The translations under genes and the position numbers were made by a program. The notes under the pieces were generated by a model. It worked only from the letters and a program-made list of their open reading frames with translations, was not told where the DNA came from and made no database searches. A stretch of 40,000 nucleotides of DNA from Hyphomicrobiales bacterium (GTDB lineage: Bacteria; Pseudomonadota; Alphaproteobacteria; Rhizobiales; GCA-2746425): NCBI GenBank assembly GCA_039986835.1, contig JBDWQA010000006.1:295560-335559 (forward strand). Reading direction: 5' to 3'. Within the stretch, counting starts at the first letter, position 1. Each line of letters begins with the position of its first letter. This document shows, piece by piece, positions 9,109 through 19,608 of the stretch.

Positions 9109-10827
9109 ATGAAAAAAGATCGGTCCTTGAGGCCTCAAAGTTTGCATCAAGTTTCGGTTCTGTCTTTGGCAGATCAGCCGGAGGACGTGCTTGATCCGTC
9201 TGATTTCATTATGGACGGTGACCAAGCGTCACTACAGGACGAAGATGCAAAAGGGCTCGCGTTGCGTTGGAGTACCCTTTGGATGAGCATGTCGCGTAAA
9301 GCTTCACAGGTTGCAGATGGTTTGCCTATTCCTGCAATTCGTATTGATGAAAGTGCCCTATCGCCTGCGGCTAAGAGGCGCGCAGCGATGCAGCGCCGAG
9401 CTGCTGTTTTGGCACGCGCACGAGCCCATGAACGTGCAATTGCAGCGCAACGCAGCGCGCGCCTTGCTGGGTTGGCAGTTTCCACCGCTTTGGGTGGCTT
9501 GCTGCTTTGTGCAACACCATCGCAATCCAGCCTTCCGGAATTTACCGAATTTACTGAGGCAGATGCGTCTATACTCTTGACACCGATGGAACGCACGTCT
9601 GTCCATGCGGCCAGTGTGGAGTTTGACCAGCCTGTTGCTTCCTCCGGTGTTCTGACTTCAAATCCTGGAAAAGCGCTTAAGACTGCTTCTAAAGGTGCCG
9701 ATGGTGATTTTCACAGGGAAGTCAATCGCGGCATTAAAGCGGATTTGTTGATGACGCGCAGCCGTGCAGTTGCGTCAGAGCCTAATCCTGACCTGCCACA
9801 TTCCGGCAACATTTTTGAGTTGCGGGATTTATTTTCCTCAGTTGATGAAATGGCATTGCCACGCACGGTGCTTGCGGCTCCAGGCTGGCCAAGCAAAGGT
9901 CAGATCGCTCTTGCAACTAATCATTTTAACGCACCAGGTATTTTGCGCGAGCGCTCCCGGACTATGGTCGCGGATGCCAAGAAAGCGCGCCCGGCGACGG
10001 TCACTGCTACGCCATCTGAACAACCATTGCAGGTTGCCGTTGCTTATGCACCTGTTGAGAATATGGAAGAGTTCAAGTCTCCGTTTGCGGCGGTATTGAA
10101 CATTCCTGGTGAAGCCAAATCGCCCGACACTGCTGTTGGGGACGCTGCTGCCGCTGCAAAAGCGCGTGATCGAAAAGAAATCAAAGTTCCTGGTGACGTC
10201 AAAACAGCGTCTCTTGTGGCCACCAGCCTTTCAAAACCCAAACAAGCAGCGCCTACTAAATCCAAGGTCACGATTGCTGGCGTCATTCCAATGATCAAGC
10301 CGGATATTTCGGCTGTTCCAAAGAAAGACAGCATCGCGACCGTTGCAGTGGTTCGTCCAAAGCTTGGAACCAAAGATCACTGGTGGGCTAAGAACAAGAT
10401 TCCACGCGCTGCTTTCTCGCGCCGTGAACAGCGTTGTCTCGCAGCTGCAGTTTACTTCGAAGCACGAGGTGAGCCAGTCGCTGGACAAGCAGCCGTAGCT
10501 CAAGTTGTTCTGAACCGGGTTAAGGCACCTGCATACCCATCTACAATTTGCGGTGTGGTCTATCAGAACAAAAAATGGCGCAATCGTTGCCAGTTCTCAT
10601 TTGCTTGCGATGGTATTCGTGACAAGGTGACTGACAAAAAATCTTATGCTAAAGCTGCTAAAGTTGCGAAAAGCGTGACACGTGGCAAGTCATGGTCTCG
10701 TGTCGTTGGCTCGTCTACGCATTACCATGCAACTTACGTGAACCCACGTTGGGCGAAGAAAATGAAGCGTTTGACCAAAATTGGCCGACACATTTTCTAC
10801 CAAACTCATAAAGGTGGCTGGAGCTAA
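9109..10827 (+). CDS. SleB-type cell wall hydrolase domain protein with a long low-complexity N-terminal region
   Basis: 572-aa ORF. The C-terminal ~150 aa carry hydrolase_2/SleB-like motifs (CLAAAVYFEARGEP, AVAQVVLNRV, CQFSFACDG, THYHATYVNPRWA). One hydrophobic segment (LAGLAVSTALGGLLLCA). Ala/Lys/Pro-rich linker. The start codon is uncertain because there is no clear SD. Confidence 0.75.
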   Translation: MKKDRSLRPQSLHQVSVLSLADQPEDVLDPSDFIMDGDQASLQDEDAKGLALRWSTLWMSMSRKASQVADGLPIPAIRIDESALSPAAKRRAAMQRRAAVLARARAHERAIAAQRSARLAGLAVSTALGGLLLCATPSQSSLPEFTEFTEADASILLTPMERTSVHAASVEFDQPVASSGVLTSNPGKALKTASKGADGDFHREVNRGIKADLLMTRSRAVASEPNPDLPHSGNIFELRDLFSSVDEMALPRTVLAAPGWPSKGQIALATNHFNAPGILRERSRTMVADAKKARPATVTATPSEQPLQVAVAYAPVENMEEFKSPFAAVLNIPGEAKSPDTAVGDAAAAAKARDRKEIKVPGDVKTASLVATSLSKPKQAAPTKSKVTIAGVIPMIKPDISAVPKKDSIATVAVVRPKLGTKDHWWAKNKIPRAAFSRREQRCLAAAVYFEARGEPVAGQAAVAQVVLNRVKAPAYPSTICGVVYQNKKWRNRCQFSFACDGIRDKVTDKKSYAKAAKVAKSVTRGKSWSRVVGSSTHYHATYVNPRWAKKMKRLTKIGRHIFYQTHKGGWS

Positions 10828-10894
10828 CTTCCAACCACCAACTGGCCTTCTGTCTAAAGTCTCCCACTTTTAAATCATGAATTGAAGTTGTCTA

Positions 10895-11797
10895 GTGACG
10901 CATAAGCGTTTACTTTTCCTGTTTCCTGCGTTGTTTGTACTGATCTGGTCCACGGGCTGGATTGTCGCAAAATATGCTAGCCCTTATGCAGAGCCTCTTA
11001 GTTTCTTGACATTGCGCTACGCGGTTGCGGGTGTGCTGCTGGCTGCGTTCTGTTTCGCAATCGGCGCCAAATGGCCTTCCAGAGACGTCTTCCTACATGC
11101 GGTGATGTCGGGCGTTTTTTTACACGCGATCTACCTTGGTGGCATCTGGTGGGTACTTGATCAGCAAATGCCATCTACATTGTCGGGCATCATGGCTGCC
11201 TTGCAGCCACTTATGACAGCGTTCCTTGCTGGAGCCATTATTGGAGAGAGGCTAAGCGGGCGTCAATGGCTTGGTCTTTTGCTTGGGTTCATCGGTCTCA
11301 TGCTCGCTCTGATTCCCAAGCTTGCAGCGGACTTGTCTCTCTCCTTCGGCAGCAATGTCAGCTGGACCATTCTCATCGGAATAAATTTTGTTGCGATGTT
11401 GTCAGTCACACTCGGTACAATTTACCAGAAGCGATATCTGCAATCAGGCGATTTACGTGCGATCACCACTTTGCAATATCTTGGCGCATTCCTCGCGACC
11501 TTGCCAATGGCGCTTTTCCTGGAAAACTTTGAATTTATTTGGTCGCCACAATTCTTTGGTGCAATGGCATGGTCTGTATTTGGCTTGTCATTTGGCGCCA
11601 TTGGTCTGCTTGTTATTCTCATTCGCGAAGGAGAGGTTTCAAGGGCCGCGACCCTCATTTATCTCATCCCGCCAACAATTGCCGTTCAAGCCTTCTTCCT
11701 GTTTGGAGAGCGATTGAGCCTAATTGAGTTGAGCGGTATGGCGTTAACGGTTTTTGGTGTCTATCTGGTGTCGAAGAAACGTGTGAAAAAAGCCTAG
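10895..11797 (+). CDS. DMT superfamily (EamA-like) transporter
   Basis: 300-aa ORF with a GTG start. About 10 hydrophobic helices in a two-EamA-repeat style layout. Confidence 0.8.
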   Translation: MTHKRLLFLFPALFVLIWSTGWIVAKYASPYAEPLSFLTLRYAVAGVLLAAFCFAIGAKWPSRDVFLHAVMSGVFLHAIYLGGIWWVLDQQMPSTLSGIMAALQPLMTAFLAGAIIGERLSGRQWLGLLLGFIGLMLALIPKLAADLSLSFGSNVSWTILIGINFVAMLSVTLGTIYQKRYLQSGDLRAITTLQYLGAFLATLPMALFLENFEFIWSPQFFGAMAWSVFGLSFGAIGLLVILIREGEVSRAATLIYLIPPTIAVQAFFLFGERLSLIELSGMALTVFGVYLVSKKRVKKA

Positions 11798-11836
11798 CGT
11801 AAAACAGAAAAAACCATTCAGAACAGGAGGTTGTCT

Positions 11837-12691
11837 ATGATGCCTGCACTCTCGACCGCAAGGACCATTTTGATCACCGGATGTTCTTCCGGGATTGGCA
11901 ATCATTGTGCTCATGCTATGCAGCAGCGCGGTTGGCAAGTGATTGCAACAGTGCGCAATGAGGCAGATCAGAAAAGGTTACAGGAAGCGGGACTGACCGC
12001 CCTGATAATGGACTATGCAGATCAATCAAGCATCCGTTTGTGCGCTGACAATGTCCTGACACTGACAAACAACAAGCTGGATGCTTTGTTTAACAACGGC
12101 GCCTATGGGCAGGTCGGTGCCGTGGAAGACCTGTCTACCGATGCGCTGCGAGCTCAATTTGAGGCTAACTTCTTCGGTTGGCATGAACTTACGCGACTTT
12201 TAATTCCGTCCATGCGTAAAAACGGTTCCGGCCGGATTGTGCAATGCTCTTCCGTTCTGGGGTTTATTTCGATGAAATACAGAGGTGCTTATTCTGCTTC
12301 AAAATTTGCGCTTGAGTCACTGTCTGACACTATGAGTATGGAACTGAGCGGAACGGGAATTCACGTCAGCCTTATTGAACCGGGTCCAATTGCAAGCAAA
12401 TTCGTCGACCGTACAATAGAGACGTTTGAACAAACGATTGATGTTGAAAATTCTCCGCATGTGTCAGTTTACAAAAAGCGCATGGCACGCATGAAGCGTG
12501 GCGGCGCCAACCGATTTAAGCTTGGACCTGAGGCAGTTCAACAACGTCTGGTGCATGCGGTAGAAAGTGCAAAACCGCGACCGCGCTATTATGTGACAAC
12601 ACCGACCTATGTGATGGGATTTTTAAAGCGCGTCATGTCGCACCGCGCACTCATTCGTTTTCTTGCCAAGCAGGCAGACCGTGAGACTTAG
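11837..12691 (+). CDS. Short-chain dehydrogenase/reductase (SDR) family oxidoreductase
   Basis: Cofactor motif TGCSSGIG, NNGA, and catalytic S...YSASK. I place the start at ATG 11837, 6 nt after AGGAGG (11825-11830). The track ORF begins at TTG 11831. Confidence 0.9.
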   Translation: MMPALSTARTILITGCSSGIGNHCAHAMQQRGWQVIATVRNEADQKRLQEAGLTALIMDYADQSSIRLCADNVLTLTNNKLDALFNNGAYGQVGAVEDLSTDALRAQFEANFFGWHELTRLLIPSMRKNGSGRIVQCSSVLGFISMKYRGAYSASKFALESLSDTMSMELSGTGIHVSLIEPGPIASKFVDRTIETFEQTIDVENSPHVSVYKKRMARMKRGGANRFKLGPEAVQQRLVHAVESAKPRPRYYVTTPTYVMGFLKRVMSHRALIRFLAKQADRET

Positions 12692-12845
12692 CGACGCATA
12701 TTAGTCCGGTTGCTCATTGTTTGGCGCAACTGAATGAATGTATGAACACTGTACCCATAGATTTGCTTGGAACTGGACTAATTTCAACAGTACCCCACTT
12801 AGAAATTACCAGAACAACAGCTATTAGACCGAGATAGTAGAAACA

Positions 12846-13349
12846 TTGGATTTATTCCCCGCGACTAAGAAATCAGCGACCGTTTTGCTTGGCCTATGCC
12901 TATTGTGTCTGGCTGCGGGAGGCTTGGGGTCTTGGCTTACGGCGCCAAGTCTTGATCCATGGTACGCAGGCTTGGCAAAACCTTCTTTCAATCCGCCTAA
13001 CTGGATATTTGCGCCCGTATGGACAACGTTGTTTCTGTTCATGGCTTATGCAGCTTGGCGCATTTGGCAAGTGTCATCCACCAGCGCGGGGATTTTGCAA
13101 CGGCGCCGTCAGGCCCTTGTCGCATTTGCCATACAATTGGTCTTTACTGTTTGGTGGTCAGCAGCATTCTTTTTTGCGCAGAACCCGGGATTTGGCCTGT
13201 TGGTGATTGCTCTGCTCGCTCTGTCTGTCGCGACGGTGATGGTGCTGTTTTTTATGCTGGACAGGTTGGCCGGACTTTTGTTTGTGCCTTATCTCCTATG
13301 GGTGCTATTTGCCTCTGCATTGAACTTGTCTATTTTCTTGCTCAACTAG
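12846..13349 (+). CDS. tspO: TspO/MBR family tryptophan-rich sensory protein
   Basis: 167-aa ORF with a TTG start. Five hydrophobic helices, Trp-rich, with the motif KPSFNPPNWIFAPVWTTLF typical of TspO. Confidence 0.85.
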   Translation: MDLFPATKKSATVLLGLCLLCLAAGGLGSWLTAPSLDPWYAGLAKPSFNPPNWIFAPVWTTLFLFMAYAAWRIWQVSSTSAGILQRRRQALVAFAIQLVFTVWWSAAFFFAQNPGFGLLVIALLALSVATVMVLFFMLDRLAGLLFVPYLLWVLFASALNLSIFLLN

Positions 13350-13359
13350 GTGTGAAACT

Positions 13360-13551
13360 ATGGAACTTCTTTCCAAAGGATTGATTGGCGTTGCGTTGGC
13401 CGCTGTCGCCATTGTGTTACTCTATGGCTTGTTCAACATGATGCGCGGTGGTGATTCAAATCTGTCGCAAAAACTCATGCGCTGGCGTGTTATCCTTCAG
13501 TTTGTCGCGGTCATCATTATGATGAGCCTGCTGTATTTCACCTCCAAATAA
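13360..13551 (+). CDS. Twin transmembrane helix small protein (HIG1-domain family)
   Basis: 63-aa ORF with two TM helices separated by MMRGGDSNLSQKLMRWRV, resembling the HIG_1_N family. The conserved neighbourhood agrees: it lies upstream of the adenosyltransferase gene and etfBA. Confidence 0.75.
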   Translation: MELLSKGLIGVALAAVAIVLLYGLFNMMRGGDSNLSQKLMRWRVILQFVAVIIMMSLLYFTSK

Positions 13552-13568
13552 CTCCGCATGGAGCCATC

Positions 13569-14150
13569 ATGGTTGTTCTGAATAAGATTTATACGAAGAC
13601 TGGCGACAAAGGCACCACCGCATTGGGGAATGGTGAACGTCGCACAAAGTTTGATCTACGCGTCACTGCATATGGAACCGTTGACGAAGCGAATGCCGCC
13701 ATTGGTGTGGCCCGGCTCCACACAGCAGACGTTTTTCCTATTTTGGATGACATGCTCAACCGCATCCAAAATGATTGTTTTGATCTTGGAGCAGATTTGG
13801 CCACACCGGATAAAGGCGAGGATCTTGGGTATGAGCCGCTTCGCATTATTGAAACACAGGTCTCGCGATTGGAAAGCGATATAGACACTCTGAACGCCGA
13901 TTTAGAACCGCTGCGCTCATTTGTCTTGCCTGCTGGGAGTTCCGCGTCAGCTCATCTGCATTTGGCGCGCACAATTTCCCGGCGTGCAGAGCGTTTGACA
14001 GTGGAATTAGCGTCTCTAGCAGAAGAGCCTGTAAATCCATATTGTACGCAATACCTTAACCGGCTTTCTGATTTTCTCTTTGTGGCTGCACGCTGGGTAA
14101 ACGATAAGGGCCGCGCTGATGTCTTGTGGGTTCCCGGCAAAAACCGCTAG
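13569..14150 (+). CDS. PduO-type ATP:cob(I)alamin (cob(I)yrinic acid a,c-diamide) adenosyltransferase
   Basis: 193-aa ORF with the N-terminal signature IYTKTGDKGTT. Also has LRVTAYGTVDE and the helical-bundle motif FVLPAGSSASAHLHLARTISRRAER. Confidence 0.9.
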   Translation: MVVLNKIYTKTGDKGTTALGNGERRTKFDLRVTAYGTVDEANAAIGVARLHTADVFPILDDMLNRIQNDCFDLGADLATPDKGEDLGYEPLRIIETQVSRLESDIDTLNADLEPLRSFVLPAGSSASAHLHLARTISRRAERLTVELASLAEEPVNPYCTQYLNRLSDFLFVAARWVNDKGRADVLWVPGKNR

Positions 14151-14182
14151 GGTGTCTGCAACTCACACATGTCCGGCAATTT

Positions 14183-14881
14183 ATGTTTATTCCCCTTCAT
14201 GACACGAACCCACTTCTCCATGTAAAGCGTCCTTATGTTAATTGGGCGTTGATTGCGATTACCATTATTATTTTTGTCGTGTTTCAAGCGCAGGCCGGCC
14301 TTTTGGGTGGCGTTGGTCTGCCTGCATCTTTTGGTGTCATTCCTTCGGTTTTGTTTGAAACGCGTGCTTTGCCGCCAGATTTGGTGGTGATTCCTGCTGA
14401 CTGGACACTGGTCTCGTATGCCTTTTTCCACGGTGGGTGGATGCACCTCATCGGTAATATGCTGTTTTTGTGGGTGTTTGGCGATAATATTGAGGATGCA
14501 CTTGGCCATATAAAGTATCTGCTGTTTTATCTACTTTGTGCGGCAGGCGGCGGGTATGCTCACGCAATTTTCAACGCGAATTCGGAAGCGCCCCTTATTG
14601 GTGCGTCAGGTGCCGTCGCTGGTGTTGTGGCAGCTTACCTAATTTTACATCCCAAAGTTAAAGTCTGGATATTGGCTTTAGGCCGCATTCCGCTACGTTT
14701 GTCTGCGCTTTGGGTGTTGGGTGCTTGGATATTGATGCAAATCTACAATTTGTTTGCTGCGGCAGACAGCGAGGTAGCCTGGTGGGCGCACATCGGTGGA
14801 CTCATCTGCGGTGCGGCTTTGGTTCTTCTCTTAAAGCGCCGTGAAGTGCCTCTATTCGACCGTGAACTCGATACTCCCTGA
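14183..14881 (+). CDS. Rhomboid family intramembrane serine protease
   Basis: Multi-TM protein with the [18 protein letters not shown] motif, catalytic GASGAVAG and a downstream AHIGG His. I chose ATG 14183 (MFIPLHD...). The track ORF extends to 14126, which overlaps the previous gene. Confidence 0.85.
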   Translation: MFIPLHDTNPLLHVKRPYVNWALIAITIIIFVVFQAQAGLLGGVGLPASFGVIPSVLFETRALPPDLVVIPADWTLVSYAFFHGGWMHLIGNMLFLWVFGDNIEDALGHIKYLLFYLLCAAGGGYAHAIFNANSEAPLIGASGAVAGVVAAYLILHPKVKVWILALGRIPLRLSALWVLGAWILMQIYNLFAAADSEVAWWAHIGGLICGAALVLLLKRREVPLFDRELDTP

Positions 14882-14991
14882 TCGCAGGAATTCCGATAAA
14901 AACCTTGTGTTTCATGTCGTTGACAGGGTGGGAGTGCACCGATAGGTTCGCTACAAATTTGGCAGACAATACACGCATTCTGGAGACGATC

Positions 14992-15741
14992 ATGAAAATA
15001 CTGGTGCCCGTGAAACGGGTGGTGGATTATAACGTAAAAATTCGTGTAAAAGCGGATGGATCCGGCGTAGAATTGGCCAATGTGAAGATGGCCATGAATC
15101 CGTTTGACGAAATCTCAGTAGAAGAAGCTCTGCGTTTGCGCGAAGCCGGAAAAGCCACAGAAATTGTTGTTGTTTCAATTGGACCGCAGCAAGCACAGGA
15201 AACCATTCGCACGGCTCTTGCGATGGGCGCAGACCGTGGCATTCTGGTACAGCATGATGAACTTGTTGAGCCGCTAGCCGTCGCAAAAATTCTTGCAAAA
15301 ATTGTCGAGGAAGAAAATCCTGATCTTGTTATTGCTGGTAAGCAAGCGATTGACGATGACAGCAGTCAAACAGGCCAGATGCTGGCGGCCTTGCTGGGCT
15401 GGTCGCAGGGTACATTTGCTTCTGTCTTGGAAATCGGTGATGGCGACATGAAAGTTACGCGCGAAGTTGATGGCGGATTGCAGACAGTGAAGTTGAAGCT
15501 GCCCGCTGTTGTAACAACTGATCTGCGCTTGAATGAGCCACGCTACGCTTCTTTACCAAACATAATGAAGGCTAAGAAAAAACCGATCGAAACAAAAACG
15601 CCCGCCGACTACGGCGTTGACATGGTGCCACGCCTGAGTGTTTTGAAGACGGTTGAGCCAGCAAAGCGTGAAGCGGGTATTAAAGTTGAAAATGTTGCTG
15701 AGCTTGTAGACAAGCTGCGCAATGAAGCCAGTGTTCTTTAA
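14992..15741 (+). CDS. etfB: Electron transfer flavoprotein, beta subunit
   Basis: N-terminus [16 protein letters not shown] is typical of EtfB. GGAG lies 6 nt upstream of ATG 14992. The track ORF begins further upstream at 14905. Confidence 0.95.
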   Translation: MKILVPVKRVVDYNVKIRVKADGSGVELANVKMAMNPFDEISVEEALRLREAGKATEIVVVSIGPQQAQETIRTALAMGADRGILVQHDELVEPLAVAKILAKIVEEENPDLVIAGKQAIDDDSSQTGQMLAALLGWSQGTFASVLEIGDGDMKVTREVDGGLQTVKLKLPAVVTTDLRLNEPRYASLPNIMKAKKKPIETKTPADYGVDMVPRLSVLKTVEPAKREAGIKVENVAELVDKLRNEASVL

Positions 15742-15755
15742 GGAAAGGGTGAACG

Positions 15756-16697
15756 ATGACCACATTATTGATTGCTGATCACGACGGAACAGCCCTTAAC
15801 GACCCGACTTTGCGCGCTATGAGTGCCGCATCCGATTTGGGCGCACCCGTTCATGTTCTTGTTGCAGGTAGCGATAGTGCAGACGCTGCAGCACATGCTG
15901 CGAAAATCTCAGGTGTGGAGAAAGTTCTTCATGCTGACGATGCGGCATACGACCATCTACTGGCAGAATCTACGGCCGCGTTAGTTGTATCCCTTGCTGG
16001 AGATTATGCCGCTGTTGTTGCCGCCAGCACAACGAACGGCAAGAATATCCTGCCACGCATCGCAGCGTTGCTGGATGTGATGCAGATTTCTGACATCACA
16101 GCAGTGATTAGTGCAGATACATTTGAGCGCCCGATATATGCGGGGAATGCCATTCAAACTGTGCAATCTACTGATGCGACAAAGGTTATTACTGTTCGCA
16201 CCGCTGGCTTTGCCGTTGCTGAGGAAGGTGGTTCGGCACCTGTAGAGGTTGTTTCCGGCGACACTGGGCCTGGCTTGTCGTCTTACGTAGGTGAAGATGT
16301 TGCAAAGTCTGAACGTCCGGAGCTGACATCTGCCAAAATCATCATTTCAGGCGGTCGCGCTTTGGGATCTTCCGAAAAGTTTCAGGAAGTTATCATGCCT
16401 GTGGCCGATAAGCTGGGCGCTGCAGTTGGTGCGTCACGTGCCGCTGTTGATGCGGGCTATGCACCGAATGACTGGCAGGTTGGTCAAACTGGCAAGGTTG
16501 TGGCCCCCGATCTGTATATTGCCGCAGGTATCTCCGGTGCAATTCAGCATCTGGCTGGCATGAAAGACAGTAAAGTTATCGTTGCTATCAACAAGGATGA
16601 TGAGGCACCAATTTTTCAAGTAGCCGATTACGGTCTGGTCGCTGATTTGTTTGATGTACTGCCTGAGCTGCAGAGCGAGTTGGACAAGGCCTCTTGA
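15756..16697 (+). CDS. etfA: Electron transfer flavoprotein, alpha subunit
   Basis: 313-aa ORF with C-terminal FAD-binding motifs (GASRAAVDAGY, PNDWQVGQTGKVVAPDLYIAAGISGAIQHLAGM). Starts 14 nt after etfB. Confidence 0.95.
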   Translation: MTTLLIADHDGTALNDPTLRAMSAASDLGAPVHVLVAGSDSADAAAHAAKISGVEKVLHADDAAYDHLLAESTAALVVSLAGDYAAVVAASTTNGKNILPRIAALLDVMQISDITAVISADTFERPIYAGNAIQTVQSTDATKVITVRTAGFAVAEEGGSAPVEVVSGDTGPGLSSYVGEDVAKSERPELTSAKIIISGGRALGSSEKFQEVIMPVADKLGAAVGASRAAVDAGYAPNDWQVGQTGKVVAPDLYIAAGISGAIQHLAGMKDSKVIVAINKDDEAPIFQVADYGLVADLFDVLPELQSELDKAS

Positions 16698-16744
16698 TAC
16701 TCAACCAGTCTAGTTGACGACTGAAGCAGAATTAAATTGAATTG

Positions 16745-16783
16745 AAGAGGCATTTTGCAGATATGCAAAATGCCTCTTTTTCG
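16745..16783 (+). terminator. Rho-independent terminator after etfA
   Basis: Perfect 15-bp stem AAGAGGCATTTTGCA/TGCAAAATGCCTCTT with a 4-nt loop, followed by TTTTT. Confidence 0.8.
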
Positions 16784-16951
16784 TTGCGATTGGTGATTAT
16801 AAAGGGTTTCAGACATGAATGTTTAGCGCTGTGACACGTTTTGGTGTAGCCTTTAACCAATCCTTTTAAGGACGCTTGAAAAAACAGATTGCAAATTGTG
16901 CTGCGGTGCAACACATTCGTGGTCCTTCCAGACTATGACCGGGTTAAATTG

Positions 16952-17830
16952 ATGACTGAAATCAAATCCATAGGCATTATCGGCGCGGGGCAGATGGGCT
17001 CCGGAATCGCTCATGTCAGCGCGCTATCCGGCTATGATGTACATATTTACGACGTTTCTGATGATCGCATTGAAGCCGGCCTGGCGACAATCACGGGAAA
17101 TCTCGCTCGTCAATTGAGCAAAGGCCAGATTACAGAAGCTGAGCGTGATTCCGCTGCTAGCCATCTATTTGCCTCCAAAGGTATTGAAGGCTTGGCCGAG
17201 GTTGATTTGGCGATTGAAGCTGCAACAGAAGATGAAACGATCAAACGCAAGATATTTGCTGCTTTGTGTCCGGTCCTGAAACCGGAAGCGATGTTGGCCT
17301 CCAACACTTCGTCTATTTCCATAACAAGGCTGGCTGCGGCAACCGATCGCCCGGAGCGGTTCATGGGTATTCACTTTATGAACCCGGTGCCGATCATGAA
17401 GCTGGTAGAGCTGGTTCGTGGTATCGCAACAGAAGATGAGACGTTTGAAGCCGCGAAAACCTATGTTCAAGGTATGGGTAAGGAAATAACGGTTGCAGAA
17501 GATTTTCCTGCTTTCATTGTAAATCGTATTTTGATGCCGATGATAAACGAAGCCATCTACACGCTTTACGAAGGTGTTGGTTCGGTTGAAGCCATTGATA
17601 CCGCCCTCAAGCTGGGTGCAAACCACCCAATGGGCCCTTTGCAGTTGGCAGATTTCATCGGCCTTGATACCTGTCTTTCTATCATGCAAGTGCTCTATGA
17701 AGGCCTAGCGGACAGCAAGTATCGTCCTTGCCCGCTACTGGTGAAATATGTTGAAGCTGGTTGGCTGGGCCGTAAGACCAACCGTGGCTTTTACGATTAT
17801 CGAGGTGATGCTCCGGTACCGACACGCTAA
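16952..17830 (+). CDS. hbd: 3-hydroxybutyryl-CoA (3-hydroxyacyl-CoA) dehydrogenase
   Basis: NAD fold IGIIGAGQMGSGIA, plus SNTSS, HFMNPVP, and the C-terminal domain GPLQLADFIGLD...GRKTNRGFY. ATG 16952 gives the canonical N-terminus. The track ORF starts at 16889. Confidence 0.9.
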   Translation: MTEIKSIGIIGAGQMGSGIAHVSALSGYDVHIYDVSDDRIEAGLATITGNLARQLSKGQITEAERDSAASHLFASKGIEGLAEVDLAIEAATEDETIKRKIFAALCPVLKPEAMLASNTSSISITRLAAATDRPERFMGIHFMNPVPIMKLVELVRGIATEDETFEAAKTYVQGMGKEITVAEDFPAFIVNRILMPMINEAIYTLYEGVGSVEAIDTALKLGANHPMGPLQLADFIGLDTCLSIMQVLYEGLADSKYRPCPLLVKYVEAGWLGRKTNRGFYDYRGDAPVPTR

Positions 17831-17845
17831 ACTCATTCGTCTATG

Positions 17846-17880
17846 GGCACGCATTGTAGAAATGCGTGCCACTTTTCATT
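17846..17880 (+). terminator. Rho-independent terminator after hbd
   Basis: Perfect 10-bp stem GGCACGCATT/AATGCGTGCC with a 5-nt loop, followed by the T-rich ACTTTTCATT. Confidence 0.7.
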
Positions 17881-17997
17881 TCAACCCGGCATTTTCGTTG
17901 GGTTATTACATAGTTCTTGACAGCAGCGCCCTTGCTCGGCTTCCTGTATCAAAGTAGATGGCGAATGTAGAAACGCCCACTATCATCGGAGCCATCT

Positions 17998-19542
17998 TTG
18001 GAGCGGACTGAGGAAACCCCTGAACGGTTTAATATAGCAGCATATGCGCTTGGCCGCATGGCTGCATCCAAACCGGATCATCCCGCGTTACTGGTGTTTG
18101 ATGGCACAAGCCATGAACCGAGTGATGTGTGGACCTACGCTTCCTTGGAAGATGTTGTTCTACGCACCAAGAACGGATTGCAATCCCTTGGCATCAAACT
18201 TGGCGACCGCGTGCTATTGCGAATGGGAAACAGCGTTTGGTTCCCTATCATGTACTTTGCCTGTCTGGCCGGGGGATATGTACCTGTTGCGACCTCAGAT
18301 AGACTGACTGAACGGGATCTCAATCACATTGCCAATGATTGTCGGCCGATCATTATTGCGCATGATGGAGCAACAATGCTGCCTTCTAAGATTGATGGCG
18401 CAAAAGTCATGGGCCCTGAAGATCTGCAGTTTATCTCTCAAAGCCCGCTCGGCCTTTATGCTCGTACGTTTTCATATGACCCGGCCTATCTAGTCTACAC
18501 CGATGGCACGTCTGGGCCTCCGCGCGGTGTATTGCACGCGCATCGTTCATTGTGGGGCCGCCGTGCGCTTCAGAAAGAATGGCTCGGACTGTCTGATAAG
18601 GATCGGGTATTGCATACTGGTGCCGATAATTGGGGCCGATCAATTGGGACCGGACTGATGGATCCGTTTTGTCATGGTGCCGCCTCCATTTTTTTGTCCG
18701 CGCCAGAGATGCGCAGTCTGTTTGGAAAAGCACTGCCCATTCTGGTTGAACTGACAGGTGCGACACAGATTGTTGCTATGCCTGAGCATTATCGACAGGC
18801 GCTGAAAAGCGGTTCGGTTAATAACACGCCGATGCCCAGTATGACACGTGCCATTTCCAGCGGTGCGATTCTGCCTACCGCGGTAAGTGAACAGTGGCAA
18901 AGCTCCACAAAACGACCAATTTACGATGGGTATGAACTGGCTGAAATTGCCTGCCCAATTTACTCCGGTTCTTCTTGTTCTGTTAAAGCTGGTGCGATTG
19001 GGAAACCTGCGAATGGTCGCAAAATCGCGATTCTGGCACCTGATGCAGGTTTGAAAAATGTTGCAATCAATCAGATCGGGGTGATTGCAGCTCACCGCTC
19101 TGATCCGGCTTTGATGTTGAGCTACTGGAATGATGCTGCGGCGACAAAAGCGGCCGTGCGTGGTGCATGGTTCTTAAGCGGTGATCTTGGGAAGCGAGAT
19201 CAGGACGGTTACATCCAGTACGAAGGACGGCTGGATGCGCTAGTAAATGTAGAGGGCTACCGCGCTAACCCGGAAGAGATTGAAGCTATTATTTCCGAGT
19301 TGCCAGGTGTCCAGAATGTGGCAGTTGCAGAAGGCATTGTACCGGGGCGCGGGACAGGCCTTGTAGCGTATGTGGTGGCCATGCCGGGAGCAACCCTTGA
19401 GCCAAACGAGTTAAACCGAACGCTTGCACCGCTTCTGGTGGATTATAAACGTCCCAAAAAGTGGATTGAGGTCGATGGTTTGCCACGTACCGGCAGTGGA
19501 AAACTGGCCAGATTTGCGCTGGCACAAGCAATTGCCGCGTGA
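17998..19542 (+). CDS. AMP-dependent synthetase/ligase (acyl/aryl-CoA ligase family)
   Basis: 514-aa ORF with a TTG start. Adenylation motifs LVYTDGTSGPPRGVLH, a C-terminal DGY..YEGRLD, and LPRTGSGKLAR. The substrate is not inferable. Confidence 0.85.
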   Translation: MERTEETPERFNIAAYALGRMAASKPDHPALLVFDGTSHEPSDVWTYASLEDVVLRTKNGLQSLGIKLGDRVLLRMGNSVWFPIMYFACLAGGYVPVATSDRLTERDLNHIANDCRPIIIAHDGATMLPSKIDGAKVMGPEDLQFISQSPLGLYARTFSYDPAYLVYTDGTSGPPRGVLHAHRSLWGRRALQKEWLGLSDKDRVLHTGADNWGRSIGTGLMDPFCHGAASIFLSAPEMRSLFGKALPILVELTGATQIVAMPEHYRQALKSGSVNNTPMPSMTRAISSGAILPTAVSEQWQSSTKRPIYDGYELAEIACPIYSGSSCSVKAGAIGKPANGRKIAILAPDAGLKNVAINQIGVIAAHRSDPALMLSYWNDAAATKAAVRGAWFLSGDLGKRDQDGYIQYEGRLDALVNVEGYRANPEEIEAIISELPGVQNVAVAEGIVPGRGTGLVAYVVAMPGATLEPNELNRTLAPLLVDYKRPKKWIEVDGLPRTGSGKLARFALAQAIAA

Positions 19543-19608
19543 TTTTTTGTTGAAAATGCAAGCTTTGTATTTAACTTCAGCTTAATTTCTCAACTGTAGA
19601 TTATTACT

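Noticed and set aside
18505-18540. Slightly atypical adenylation P-loop LVYTDGTSGPPRG in the AMP-dependent ligase (Asp where Ser/Thr/Ala/Gly is usual, Arg instead of Lys)
   Set aside because: Arg is an allowed variant at the last position of the AMP-binding signature, and a single deviation elsewhere is common in this superfamily. It is not evidence of unusual chemistry.
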